40,615 nt of DNA, taken from positions 1 to 40,615 of IMG/VR virus record IMGVR_UViG_3300035109_000021. One strand, 5' to 3'. The position numbers were made by a program, and so were the translations under genes. Below, piece after piece: positions 26,874 to 36,500 of the stretch. Below the pieces are notes generated by a model. The model worked only from the letters and a program-made list of their open reading frames with translations, made no database searches and was not told where the DNA came from. Numbering within the stretch: the stretch's first letter is position 1; the number at the start of each line of letters is the position of its first letter. The DNA is from a virus. Lineage: Duplodnaviria; Caudoviricetes.

Positions 26874-29777
26874 ATGAGCGATGATCTCACCAAGCAGGCC
26901 ACCTATGTGCTGCGCGAGCAGGGCGTCGATGAGACCGCCGCCAAGTTGCGCCGCCTCGGCGCCGCCAATGAGAAGACCGCGCAACAGGCGGAAATCCTCA
27001 CGCGGCAGCAAACGCTGCAGGACGCCTCGACGACGCGCCTCGGCGCCAAGTTGGAAAGCCTCGCCCGCAAATATGATCCGGTCTATGACGCCCAGGTCAA
27101 AGTCCAGCGGCTCGAGGCGACCCTCGCCGCGGCGGAAAAGAAGGGCGTCGCAGTTCCCGAGGCCGCGACGCAGGCGCTGCAAATCGCTAAGCAGCGCCAT
27201 TCCGATCTCGTCGACTCCAGAGCGATCGACCCCAAGGCGATCGATAGCGCTACTGACAGCGTCGCGCGCTTTCGCAAGCAGGTCGATCGTGTCGAGGCCT
27301 TCGCCTGGAACAATACGGGCTTCAGCTCGAATGAAATCGAGCGCGTCACGCTGCCGCTCAAGGGGCTCGCCGGGGCGCTCGGCGTCATCCCGACGATCGC
27401 CATCGCGGGCTTTGCCGCCGTCGGCGCGGCGATGCTGGCGATCGAGATGCGCGCGCATAATATCAGCGTCGCGGCGCGCCAGCTCGCCGATGATCTCTCC
27501 CTCTCCGGACAGGTCAATGCGTCCGGCGCGATCGGCGCCGGCGGCCAGCAATATGCCGAGCAGCTCACGAAAATGTCGAGCGCCTGGGATGTGATCGGCA
27601 AAGGCGCGTCGCTGTCGACGGATGAGGTCAAAAAATTCGGCGCCGAGGTGGCGAAGCTGCCCGCGGTCACCGCCGACTCCGCCGCCGGCCTCGGCGATCT
27701 GGCGCGGGCCGAACGCTATGCCTTCGGATCGGAAGGCGTCGATCTCGTTCAGAATCTCGTCGCCGCGCTGCGCCAGCCCGAGCAGGCCCTGCAAAATCTC
27801 ATCGCCGCCAATCTCGGCCTCACCGCGGCGCAGCGGCAAATGGCGCAATCGGCGCTCGAGGGCGGCAATCAGCAAAGGCAGGCGTCGGCCTATTTCCGCA
27901 TCGTCACTGACGATCTCATCAAGCAGAAGGCCGAGGCCGCCCTCGTCGACGCCGCGCATCATTCCTTGAGCGCCGCGACGCGCGAGGTCGCGCAGGAAGC
28001 GCTCGACGCCGCGCGGTCCAGCGGCGATTTCGAGGGCGCATTGGAGCGCCTCGCCGCGACGGGAAGCGACGCCGCGCGGCGTCTGCTCGGCGTCGTCTCC
28101 TCCATTCGCAGCGTGCGCGCCGAGCTGGCGCGCGGGCTCGGCGGCGTCGAGCTGACCAATCAGCTGCAAAATCTCAATGACAAGCTCTACCCGCTGCATA
28201 CGGCCGCGCGCCAGTCCGATGCGCAATTCGAGTCCGCGACGCAGCAGGTCGGGAAGCTCGAGACCGGGATTTCCAATGCCGAGGCGAATCTGCGTCGCCT
28301 CAAGGTCGCCGGCGAGGAAGGCTCGGCGGAATTCAAGCGCGGCGTCTCCGATGTCGAGGAGCTGAACGGACAATTGACGCTCGCGAAGAGCAACGCCGCC
28401 GCCTATGACGCCGCGCGCCGAAAGGCTGCGGAAGCCGTCGACGGCGGCTCGTCCTATGACCGCGCGAAGAAGAATATCGACTCCACGCATGACGTCGATA
28501 AGGACGAGACCGCGCGCCATCGCGAGACGATCGCCGCGCTCGCTGCGCAGCGCGCCGATCTCATACGGTCCAATGTCGCGGCGACAGAGGATGGCGCCGC
28601 CAAAATTCGCGATATCGACGAGAGCCAGCGCGACGAGGAAGCCAAGCTCGCCGATGCGCGACTGAAGGTCCAGATCGCACGCATCGATGCGGAAATCGCC
28701 GCGGAAGCCCAGGGATCGGACCGCAAGAAGCAGCTCGCGCGACAAAAATTCGAGACGGAGACGCAAGGCGTATCGCCGGACTCGGCCGAATATATCGGCA
28801 AGAAGAGCGAGTTGCAGGCCGCGCTCGACGAAGAGCCGACGAAGTCGGGCGGCAAGCGCGGCGGCTCCGCGGGCCGATCGGCGGATGCGGTCGATCGCGT
28901 CATTCAATCGCTCGGAAAAGAGAACGCCGCGCTCGGCGGCGAAGCCGACGCCATTGGCAAATCGAACATCGAGCGTGAAAAGGCAGTCGATCTCGCCAAG
29001 GCCGAGGAAGCCGCGAAAGGGCGCGGAGCCGCGCTCACCGAGGAAGAGCGCGCCAAAGTGCTCGCCCTCGCCGAGGCGCACGCCACTCTGCGCCAAAAGG
29101 TCGACGACGCGCGCAAGGCGCAGGACGCGGCCGAGGCGGCGCGCAAGCAATTCGCAGATATGGGCGAGTCCTCCGTCGAGCGCCTCATCGTCGAGCATCA
29201 AAAGCTCGCCGATGTGCTGAAGGACGTCGTCAAGGAACTCGAGAAAATGGCGCTGAAGGCTGTGCTCACCGGGCAAGGCCCGCTCGCCGGCCTGTTCGGG
29301 ACGCAAGGCCAGAACGGCGGCGTCGGCGGCCTCTTCGGCTCGATCGGCGGACTCTTCGGCGGCGCCAATTCGAACTTCATCGGCCAGCCGGCAGGCGCGA
29401 TCGGCCCCTTTCCGCAGGCCGCGGGCGGAGGCGGAGGCGGCCTGCTCGGCTTCCTCGGCGGTCTCTTCGGCTTCGCCAATGGCGGCCTCATCACCATGGC
29501 GCATCTGCCGCGCTACGCCGGCGGCGGCCCTGTGGCGCCGGATGGCGGCTTCCCCATCCTCGCGCATCCGGGCGAGGTGATCCTCAACGCCGCGCAACAG
29601 CGCAATGTCGCCGGCGAGATCGGCGGCCGGGGCTCGAAGATCATTTTCGAAAATCACGCGCCGGGCGTCACCGTCCAGCCCGTCTATGCGACGCATGGCG
29701 AGGTCCGCTACATGATCCGTGGCGAGGTCGCCGCCAATAATGAGCGGCAGTCGCTGGCGCCCTTGCAGGCCTGGTGA
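26874..29777 (+). CDS. Tail tape measure protein
   Basis: 967 aa, A/E/K/Q-rich helical; Gly-rich C-terminus with FANGG and HPGEVILN motifs. Confidence 0.9.
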   Translation: MSDDLTKQATYVLREQGVDETAAKLRRLGAANEKTAQQAEILTRQQTLQDASTTRLGAKLESLARKYDPVYDAQVKVQRLEATLAAAEKKGVAVPEAATQALQIAKQRHSDLVDSRAIDPKAIDSATDSVARFRKQVDRVEAFAWNNTGFSSNEIERVTLPLKGLAGALGVIPTIAIAGFAAVGAAMLAIEMRAHNISVAARQLADDLSLSGQVNASGAIGAGGQQYAEQLTKMSSAWDVIGKGASLSTDEVKKFGAEVAKLPAVTADSAAGLGDLARAERYAFGSEGVDLVQNLVAALRQPEQALQNLIAANLGLTAAQRQMAQSALEGGNQQRQASAYFRIVTDDLIKQKAEAALVDAAHHSLSAATREVAQEALDAARSSGDFEGALERLAATGSDAARRLLGVVSSIRSVRAELARGLGGVELTNQLQNLNDKLYPLHTAARQSDAQFESATQQVGKLETGISNAEANLRRLKVAGEEGSAEFKRGVSDVEELNGQLTLAKSNAAAYDAARRKAAEAVDGGSSYDRAKKNIDSTHDVDKDETARHRETIAALAAQRADLIRSNVAATEDGAAKIRDIDESQRDEEAKLADARLKVQIARIDAEIAAEAQGSDRKKQLARQKFETETQGVSPDSAEYIGKKSELQAALDEEPTKSGGKRGGSAGRSADAVDRVIQSLGKENAALGGEADAIGKSNIEREKAVDLAKAEEAAKGRGAALTEEERAKVLALAEAHATLRQKVDDARKAQDAAEAARKQFADMGESSVERLIVEHQKLADVLKDVVKELEKMALKAVLTGQGPLAGLFGTQGQNGGVGGLFGSIGGLFGGANSNFIGQPAGAIGPFPQAAGGGGGGLLGFLGGLFGFANGGLITMAHLPRYAGGGPVAPDGGFPILAHPGEVILNAAQQRNVAGEIGGRGSKIIFENHAPGVTVQPVYATHGEVRYMIRGEVAANNERQSLAPLQAW

Positions 29778-30517
29778 TGGCATACGACGTCACGATTCCG
29801 CACTGGCCGCGCCGCCTCCTCCCGCAGAATTGGGGCGGCGCGCCAGTCAACGGCCTGCTCACCGGGCCGCAGCCCTTTGTCGGCCCGGCGCAGACGAATG
29901 TCTCGCCGTCCGGCGTGCTGCAATGGCGGCTCGACAATATCCCGCTCTATGATCCGCCTCGCGTCGGCGTATCTAATCCCTCCGCGCCGAAAGCCGGGAA
30001 AATCCACCTCTATCGCGCGCTCTATTCGCGGCTGTCCAAGGGCGCGCCTATCTATATGCCGGTGATGGATTGGCGACGCGGCCCGCGCGTTCGCGCCGGC
30101 CTGCCGATCTTCGGCCCGCTGACGCCCTTCTCCGATGGCGCGACCTTTTCCGATTCCGCGACGTTCACGCAAGACGCCGGCGACGCGACCATCGCCGCCG
30201 TCGCCGCCGCGCAATCATGGGCGGTGACGATCGATGTCGTCTCGTCGATCGTTCCGGAGGGCGGCGATTGGATCGGCCTCGGCGACCGCGCCTATCTGAT
30301 CGAGGGCGCATGGCCCGACGATGCGATCGCAAATCGCTACAGGATCACGCTCGACCGCTGGCTGCGCGAGCCGGTCGCGATCGGCGACGCCGTCGAATTC
30401 GCGGATCCGTTTTGCCGGATGGTGCTGGCGCCCAAATCGCGCGGTCAGATCGTGCCGCTCACACTCGGCGTCTACGCCTATGCGTCGCTCGAATTCATTG
30501 AGGCCTATTGGGGATGA
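29774..30517 (+). CDS. Distal tail / baseplate protein
   Basis: Position after the TMP; PFSDGATFSD, WLRE.V..G...EF.DP.C.M.L. Confidence 0.7.
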   Translation: MMAYDVTIPHWPRRLLPQNWGGAPVNGLLTGPQPFVGPAQTNVSPSGVLQWRLDNIPLYDPPRVGVSNPSAPKAGKIHLYRALYSRLSKGAPIYMPVMDWRRGPRVRAGLPIFGPLTPFSDGATFSDSATFTQDAGDATIAAVAAAQSWAVTIDVVSSIVPEGGDWIGLGDRAYLIEGAWPDDAIANRYRITLDRWLREPVAIGDAVEFADPFCRMVLAPKSRGQIVPLTLGVYAYASLEFIEAYWG

Positions 30518-31116
30518 GCAGCATTTTCAAGGATGCGATCGAGGCCGCCATTCGCGGCGACACGGTCTCCGTCATGCTCGGCGCGCGCCTGAATTATCTG
30601 AGCGGACCGGACGCCTATTGGAACGGCGTCGGCCCGCTCGACGCTACTGCGCTCGACGGCCCCGTCTTCAAGGGCGTTGGCGCGCTGGGGACGATTTCCG
30701 AGACCATCGAGATCGGCACGCAGGCGGCGACGCAAAATCTGACGCTGAAGCTATCCGGCCTCGATCTCTCGATCATCGCCAAGATGAACGATCAGGAAAA
30801 CGAGGTCCAAGGGCGCCGCGCCGAAATTTTCTTCCTCACCTTCGCCACGCCGGCCGATCGGCCCGGCATGTCGCTGATCTCCTGCGCCAAGCGCCGCACG
30901 CTAATCATGGATCGCATGTCGCTCGACGCCGCCCCGACCGATGGCGGTCACGAGGTCGCGATCTCGGTGATCTGCGAGCCGCTGCTCGCCAGCAAAAATC
31001 GCGCGCCCTGGGCGTTTTTGACGAACACCGATCAGCAGCGCCGCTATCCCGGCGATCGTGCCTGCGAGCGCGTGCAAGAGCTGATTCAAAAACAGTCGAT
31101 GGTCTTTTCCGGTTGA
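30514..31116 (+). CDS. Minor tail (hub) protein
   Basis: W.GVG.L, F.GVGALG.I, L.LSG, TDQQRRYPGDR. Confidence 0.75.
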   Translation: MSSIFKDAIEAAIRGDTVSVMLGARLNYLSGPDAYWNGVGPLDATALDGPVFKGVGALGTISETIEIGTQAATQNLTLKLSGLDLSIIAKMNDQENEVQGRRAEIFFLTFATPADRPGMSLISCAKRRTLIMDRMSLDAAPTDGGHEVAISVICEPLLASKNRAPWAFLTNTDQQRRYPGDRACERVQELIQKQSMVFSG

Positions 31117-31484
31117 TCGCCGTCGCCCCCTTCCTGATGGCCTATGACGTCGGCCCCGACACGCTCTGCAGCGAGCCTGTGCTCGCCTATCTGCGCGCCA
31201 CGGGGCGCGTGGCGGGCGATATTCCGGCGCCGCGCCAGCGGGCTCTGCTCGCGCGCTATGGCGTGGCGCGCGCGCTCGCGCTCTGCGGTCGCGAGCTCGG
31301 GTTTCGGCTCGCGCGGCCGTCGCGACTTATCGAGGGCGATGCGGCGCTGTTGCGTGCGCCGCAGGTCGCCGGCGGCGCAGTCTGCGGATTGGTCGGCGCG
31401 GATGGCGGCGCGCTCGCCCTCGCCGGCGATGCGCTGATCGGCTGGCGCGCGCCCGATGTGCTGCGCATCGCGGAGTTTTGCTGA
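31113..31484 (+). CDS. Tail-associated small protein (DUF6950/NlpC-like, degenerate)
   Basis: TTG overlap start; position between hub and tip genes; GD.ALL motif. Confidence 0.5.
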   Translation: MIAVAPFLMAYDVGPDTLCSEPVLAYLRATGRVAGDIPAPRQRALLARYGVARALALCGRELGFRLARPSRLIEGDAALLRAPQVAGGAVCGLVGADGGALALAGDALIGWRAPDVLRIAEFC

Positions 31485-33493
31485 TGCCTCCGGCCATTGC
31501 GGGAGCGCTCGTCGCCATTTCCCCGGAAATCTTCGGCGCGGCCATTCTCGGAACGACAGTCGGCGCGGTTGCGGGCTCGCTGATTTCTTCGATCGCCGTG
31601 TCCGCCGCGATTTACGGCGCCGAGGCTCTCCTCGCCGGCTCGCATCACTCGGCGCAGAAATTCACGATTCCGCAGCCGCCGGTGCCGCAAGAGCAGGAAG
31701 GCCAGGAGACCCCGCCCCGCCTCTATGGCTATGGCCGTTACAAGACAGGCGGCTATCTGCTCTTCCGCGAGAGCGCCGGCCAATATGTCGGCTATGCGAT
31801 GTGCGTCTCCTGCCGCCCGATCGGCGGCGTCGACGCCTATATCGTCGATTCGGAAACGCTCACCGTGTCCAGCGGCGCGACGACCGAGCCGGTGCTCGCC
31901 GCCTTCGGCTATTATCCGCAAAACCGCGACTTTGCAGACGACGCCATCGTCTGGCCGAGCAGCGGCATGAAAAACGGACAATATATCGCCTATATTTACA
32001 TCCCGACTGCCGGCCCCTCGCCGATCGTCACTGCGGTCGGGCCATTCGGCTTTCTCGAATTCCGCAACGCCTCCGAGGCAGGCCATTCGTCGACCTTGCT
32101 GACGACCTATTTCGGCAGCCTCTGGACGGCCGATCAGCATCTCGGGCGCGGCCTCGCGATCGTCTATTCCAAATGGGCGACGATGACGCCCGGCTATCAC
32201 ATGATCCACTATCCGCGTTACCTGCCAGTGCATTCGCAGGTGCTGCGCGGCGCGAAGGTCTATGATCCGCGCGATGACGCCCAGAGCTTCCTCGCCGACG
32301 GCGTCTATTCGGTCGATAACCCCACCTGGACCTATTCGACGAACAATGCGTTGCATATCGCCGACTATCTCACCTTCCCCGATGGCTTTGGCCTCGCCTA
32401 TGACGACATTCATTGGCCGAGCTTCATTGTGGCCGCCAATAATTGCGACCGCCTGACGCCGACGCGCGACGGCGGCGTGCGCCCCTTCGCGACCTCGCAT
32501 CTCGGCTTGACGTCGCAGGACGAGCGCCGCGAGGTCCTAAAGCATCTCCTCGCCGCCTGCGACGGCGCCCTATGGGAGGATGAGGACGGCAAGGTCAATC
32601 TGTGGATCGGCCAATGGATCGAGCCGACCGTCACGCTCAAAGACGAGCATCTGTCGTCGATCAAGATCGAGCGCCTCAATGGCGTCTATGCCGCCTCCAA
32701 TGTCACCATCCCCTCGTATATCGAGCCGCGCCTCGGCTTCGTGCGCAACACGACGCCGGATATCCGCGACGAGGCGTCGATCGGCCGCGTCGGCGAGCGC
32801 ATCGCGCCGCTCGAGCTGCGCGCCGTCGCCAATGACGAGCAGGCCTATGCGCTCGGCTATCGCGCCCAGCGCCGCCAGAACACGCCGCTCAAGATCACCG
32901 CGACCGGCCCGCTGCGCATGCTGATCGCCGATGGCGAGCGCGTGGTGCGCATCAAATCCGATCTCTTCGCCATCGACGGCGTTTTCCGCGTCATGAGCCT
33001 GAATTTGTCCGGCGGCTCTGCCGTGCAGGGCGTTTTCCACCTCGTGACCGAGGATATGTTCGCCGATGTGATCTCGCCCTATGACGCGATCAATCCGAGC
33101 CTGCCCGGAATCACCATCACCAATCCCTATATTCCGGAGACGCCCGAAGCTCCGGCGCTATCGTCGAGCTCCATCGGCGCCGGCCTCGCCGAGATCCTCG
33201 CCGTCGCCCATTTCGACGGCGGCCTCTCGGCGCCGACCAATGGCGACACGTCGAGCTATACGCGGTTCCGATCGCGCCCCGTCAATGTCTCGACCGGCGC
33301 GCCGCTCGGCTCGGGCGATTGGACGATCTGGGCCAATTATTCCTCCATATCGCTCTATTCCGCGACCTCGCCGTCGATCGCCGGCGTGACCGGAACGCCG
33401 CAGCGCTTCGAGGTTCAGTGCTGGCTCGTCTCGACGGGCGGCAACCCCGGCAATCCATCGGCGTCCTCCTTCATCACCATCTCGACCTTCTGA
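31484..33493 (+). CDS. Tail tip / host-specificity (J-like) protein
   Basis: LYG..KTGG, HLGRGLA, RGAKVYDPR, WTYS.N.AL.IADYL, AANNCD, L.ACDG. Confidence 0.85.
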   Translation: MPPAIAGALVAISPEIFGAAILGTTVGAVAGSLISSIAVSAAIYGAEALLAGSHHSAQKFTIPQPPVPQEQEGQETPPRLYGYGRYKTGGYLLFRESAGQYVGYAMCVSCRPIGGVDAYIVDSETLTVSSGATTEPVLAAFGYYPQNRDFADDAIVWPSSGMKNGQYIAYIYIPTAGPSPIVTAVGPFGFLEFRNASEAGHSSTLLTTYFGSLWTADQHLGRGLAIVYSKWATMTPGYHMIHYPRYLPVHSQVLRGAKVYDPRDDAQSFLADGVYSVDNPTWTYSTNNALHIADYLTFPDGFGLAYDDIHWPSFIVAANNCDRLTPTRDGGVRPFATSHLGLTSQDERREVLKHLLAACDGALWEDEDGKVNLWIGQWIEPTVTLKDEHLSSIKIERLNGVYAASNVTIPSYIEPRLGFVRNTTPDIRDEASIGRVGERIAPLELRAVANDEQAYALGYRAQRRQNTPLKITATGPLRMLIADGERVVRIKSDLFAIDGVFRVMSLNLSGGSAVQGVFHLVTEDMFADVISPYDAINPSLPGITITNPYIPETPEAPALSSSSIGAGLAEILAVAHFDGGLSAPTNGDTSSYTRFRSRPVNVSTGAPLGSGDWTIWANYSSISLYSATSPSIAGVTGTPQRFEVQCWLVSTGGNPGNPSASSFITISTF

Positions 33494-33532
33494 CGATCGC
33501 GCTGTCGCGCGACCAATCGAAAGATCTCGACA

Positions 33533-36500
33533 ATGACTGATCTCGCAGCGCAATTCGCGTTGGCGTTTCGCGACCATGCGACCGATGGCGTCGGTTCCTC
33601 CGATCCTTGGAAGCCGAAAAAATCCGAGCTTCGGGCGCTCGGCTCCTCGATCGCCTCGGAAATCATGTCGCGCTACACGGCGCCGGTTGCCGGCGTGCAG
33701 TCGCGCACCCTATCCACGCCGCCGGTCAGCCCGTCGACGGGGCAAAAATGGATCGTTCCGGCCGGCGCGACCGGCGCGTGGAGCGGACAGGCGGGCAAGG
33801 TAGCCGAATGGACGGGCTCGGCTTACAGCTTCACTGCTCCGAACGCGGTCTATTCCGCCTACGTGCTCGATGAGGCGCAGCTCTACGGATACGATGGCAC
33901 GGCCTGGAAAATCCTGACTGGCGCATCGCTCGGCTTCCCGACTGTCGCGGCCATGGCCCTCGTCACGACCGCGGCGGCGAATATTCGCGCGATCGTCGAG
34001 AGCGATATTATCGCGAAAACCGCATATCGTGGGCGCTCGTCGAATGTTGCGAGGCTCGTCACCTCGACGCCACACGGGCTCACGACGGGCGCTAAGATCA
34101 ATGTCCGAAACCTCGGCGCGTCCGGCTACAACGCAGACCAGGTCACCGTGACGGTCGTCGACTATGGGACCTTTACCTACCCGAATTCTGGCGCCAACGA
34201 GTCGGACGTCGCCGATACGGGAGGCCAGGCCGATCGCAACGGAACCTATGTCTCGAACGGCTCCGGCGGCTGGACGTGGAATGGTGATCCACTCCTCGAC
34301 CCGGCGATCGCCGCGCAGCTCGGCAAGGCAGAAACGATCGTCGCTGATATTTCCTCGCTGGCAGCGCTCACGCAATATGTCACGACGACAGGCGCCCTTT
34401 CCACGACCGACGCGAATTGGCGCGCGTCGCCGATGCTGCAAGCGGCGCCGGGAGAGGTCTATGTCTTCTCCGGCCTCGGCAATACGGGCGTCTCCTCCGT
34501 CACCTTCTATGATGCGTCGTCGGCGGCGCTCGAGACGCACGTAAGCGCCTCGAATTCGGCGGTCTATAGCGGCTCTTTCACCGCGCCGGCCTCCACGGCT
34601 TTCGTCCGGTTCTGCTACGGCACGCTCGGCGCGGTTCCCTCATCGTTCAGAGGGTCGATCAGCGGAGCCCCGCTCTATCTCGCGACGCGCGGCCAGGCGG
34701 TCGAGCTCATCGGCCATGCCACCAGCTCCGGCTATCTGGGAACGACCGGCGTCCTCGCGAGCTCGGACACCAACTGGATCTATAGCGGCTTCCTGCCGGT
34801 CGCGCCGGACGACACGATCATTTTCACGCTCTACGGCAATTCCGCGGTCGGGAACGTGTGCTTTTATGATGCGGACAAGCAGTTCATCTCCGCCAAGATC
34901 GGCTCATCGGTGGCGCCGCTCGCCGACGTGGTCGACGGCGCCATTCGCGCGCCGGCGGGCTCCGCCTATCTGCGAATCTCCACGGCGTCCGCCGCCTTTC
35001 AGCCGACACTTGCGCAAACGGTCAAGCTGCTCACGACCTCGGCTGCGACATGGGAGGCATTGCGAGCGCTCGCCGATCGCGTCGATAGCGGACAAGCCGT
35101 CGAGCTGATGGACTACGCCACCAACGTCGGCTATTTCGGCCCGACGGGCGTCTTCACATCTGACGCGAATTGGGTGTGCACGAGCCTCCTTCCCACGGAG
35201 GCCGGAGACGCCATCACCTATAAGCTCTGGGGCCATTCGCTCGTCGGCAGCGTTTGCTTCTTCGACGTGACAGGAGCGTTCCTGTCCTCCGTCGTCGGCG
35301 GCGTTGTCGGCAGTCTTCTGGCCTATCTGTTTGAGGGCGTCGCGGTCGCGCCCGCCACTACCGCCTACGTGCGTATCTCAACGGCGTCGGCCGCGTTTCA
35401 TCCGATGCCGACGCAATCGGCGCGCTTGCCTGTCACCGTCGGGCGCGTCTGGGGCGAGTTGAACGCAGCGGCGACCGTCAGCTTCACTCTCGCGCCGTTC
35501 GAAGCGCCGAGGCAGCTGCAGCTCAAGCCGTCCGATAAAATCCTGCTCTATGGTGATAGCATCTCCTCCGCGGACTACCAGGGCTACGCGGCCGCGATGG
35601 CCGATCTCACTGGCGTCAGCGTCTATGCGGGCGGCTTCTCCGGCTATACGACAGCGCAGCTCGCCGCGAACGCGCAGTTGCAACGGATTTGGGACTATGA
35701 CGCCGAGCTGGTCATCGTGATGATCGGCGGCAATGACACCGGCGCGGCCGGCACGGTCGGCACCTTCGGCGCGATCTCGGGCGAGACGATCGTCCCGGAG
35801 ACGGATATTGGCGCCGATTACGCAGGCTCGACGCTCATCCAAGCGATCGGCCACATAATCCGCAAGTTCAAGGCTCGCTACGACAACATTCGCGTGCGCG
35901 CTAATCTCACCGGCTCTGAGACGGAAGCCGAGCGCGATGCGAAGATTGCACCGCTGCTGAAGCCGGTTTTGGTCTTGGCGACGTCCCTCCCGCAAAAGCG
36001 GGTCGATTCCGCGAGCGCTTATTCGCAGTCCGAGAATTGGGAGCGCAAGCGCCGTGCGATCGTAGAGTGCTGCGATCGCTATGAGGTCCATTGCGTCGAT
36101 CTCATGCGAGAGACCTCGCTCGACATGAGCGTCGAGCCCTACTGGACCGCCCCGACCGATACCGTGAACAATCGGGGCGTCTGGTATATGGATGGCCTGC
36201 ACCCGAATAGATATCTCTTTCGCAAGATGGCGGAGATCATCTGCGGAAGCCTGGGCATTGCCGGTCCGTCGCTCACGGCGCGCTATCAGGGGCTATGGAA
36301 CGCGTCGACGAATTCGCCCACGCTTGCCAGCGGCGTCGGCACGCGGGGCGACTACTACATCGTCACCACGGCGGGCTCGACGACGATCGACGGCGTCAGT
36401 GGATGGCAGGTCGGCGATTGGATAATTTTCAACGGCGCGCTGTGGCAGCAATTGCGGCCCACGGATACGGCGACGGCGCTCACCTTCACCGCTGGAAGCG

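Noticed and set aside
26592-29783. 1063-aa minus-strand ORF
   Set aside because: Antisense shadow of the tape measure gene caused by high-GC codon bias; no recognisable motifs
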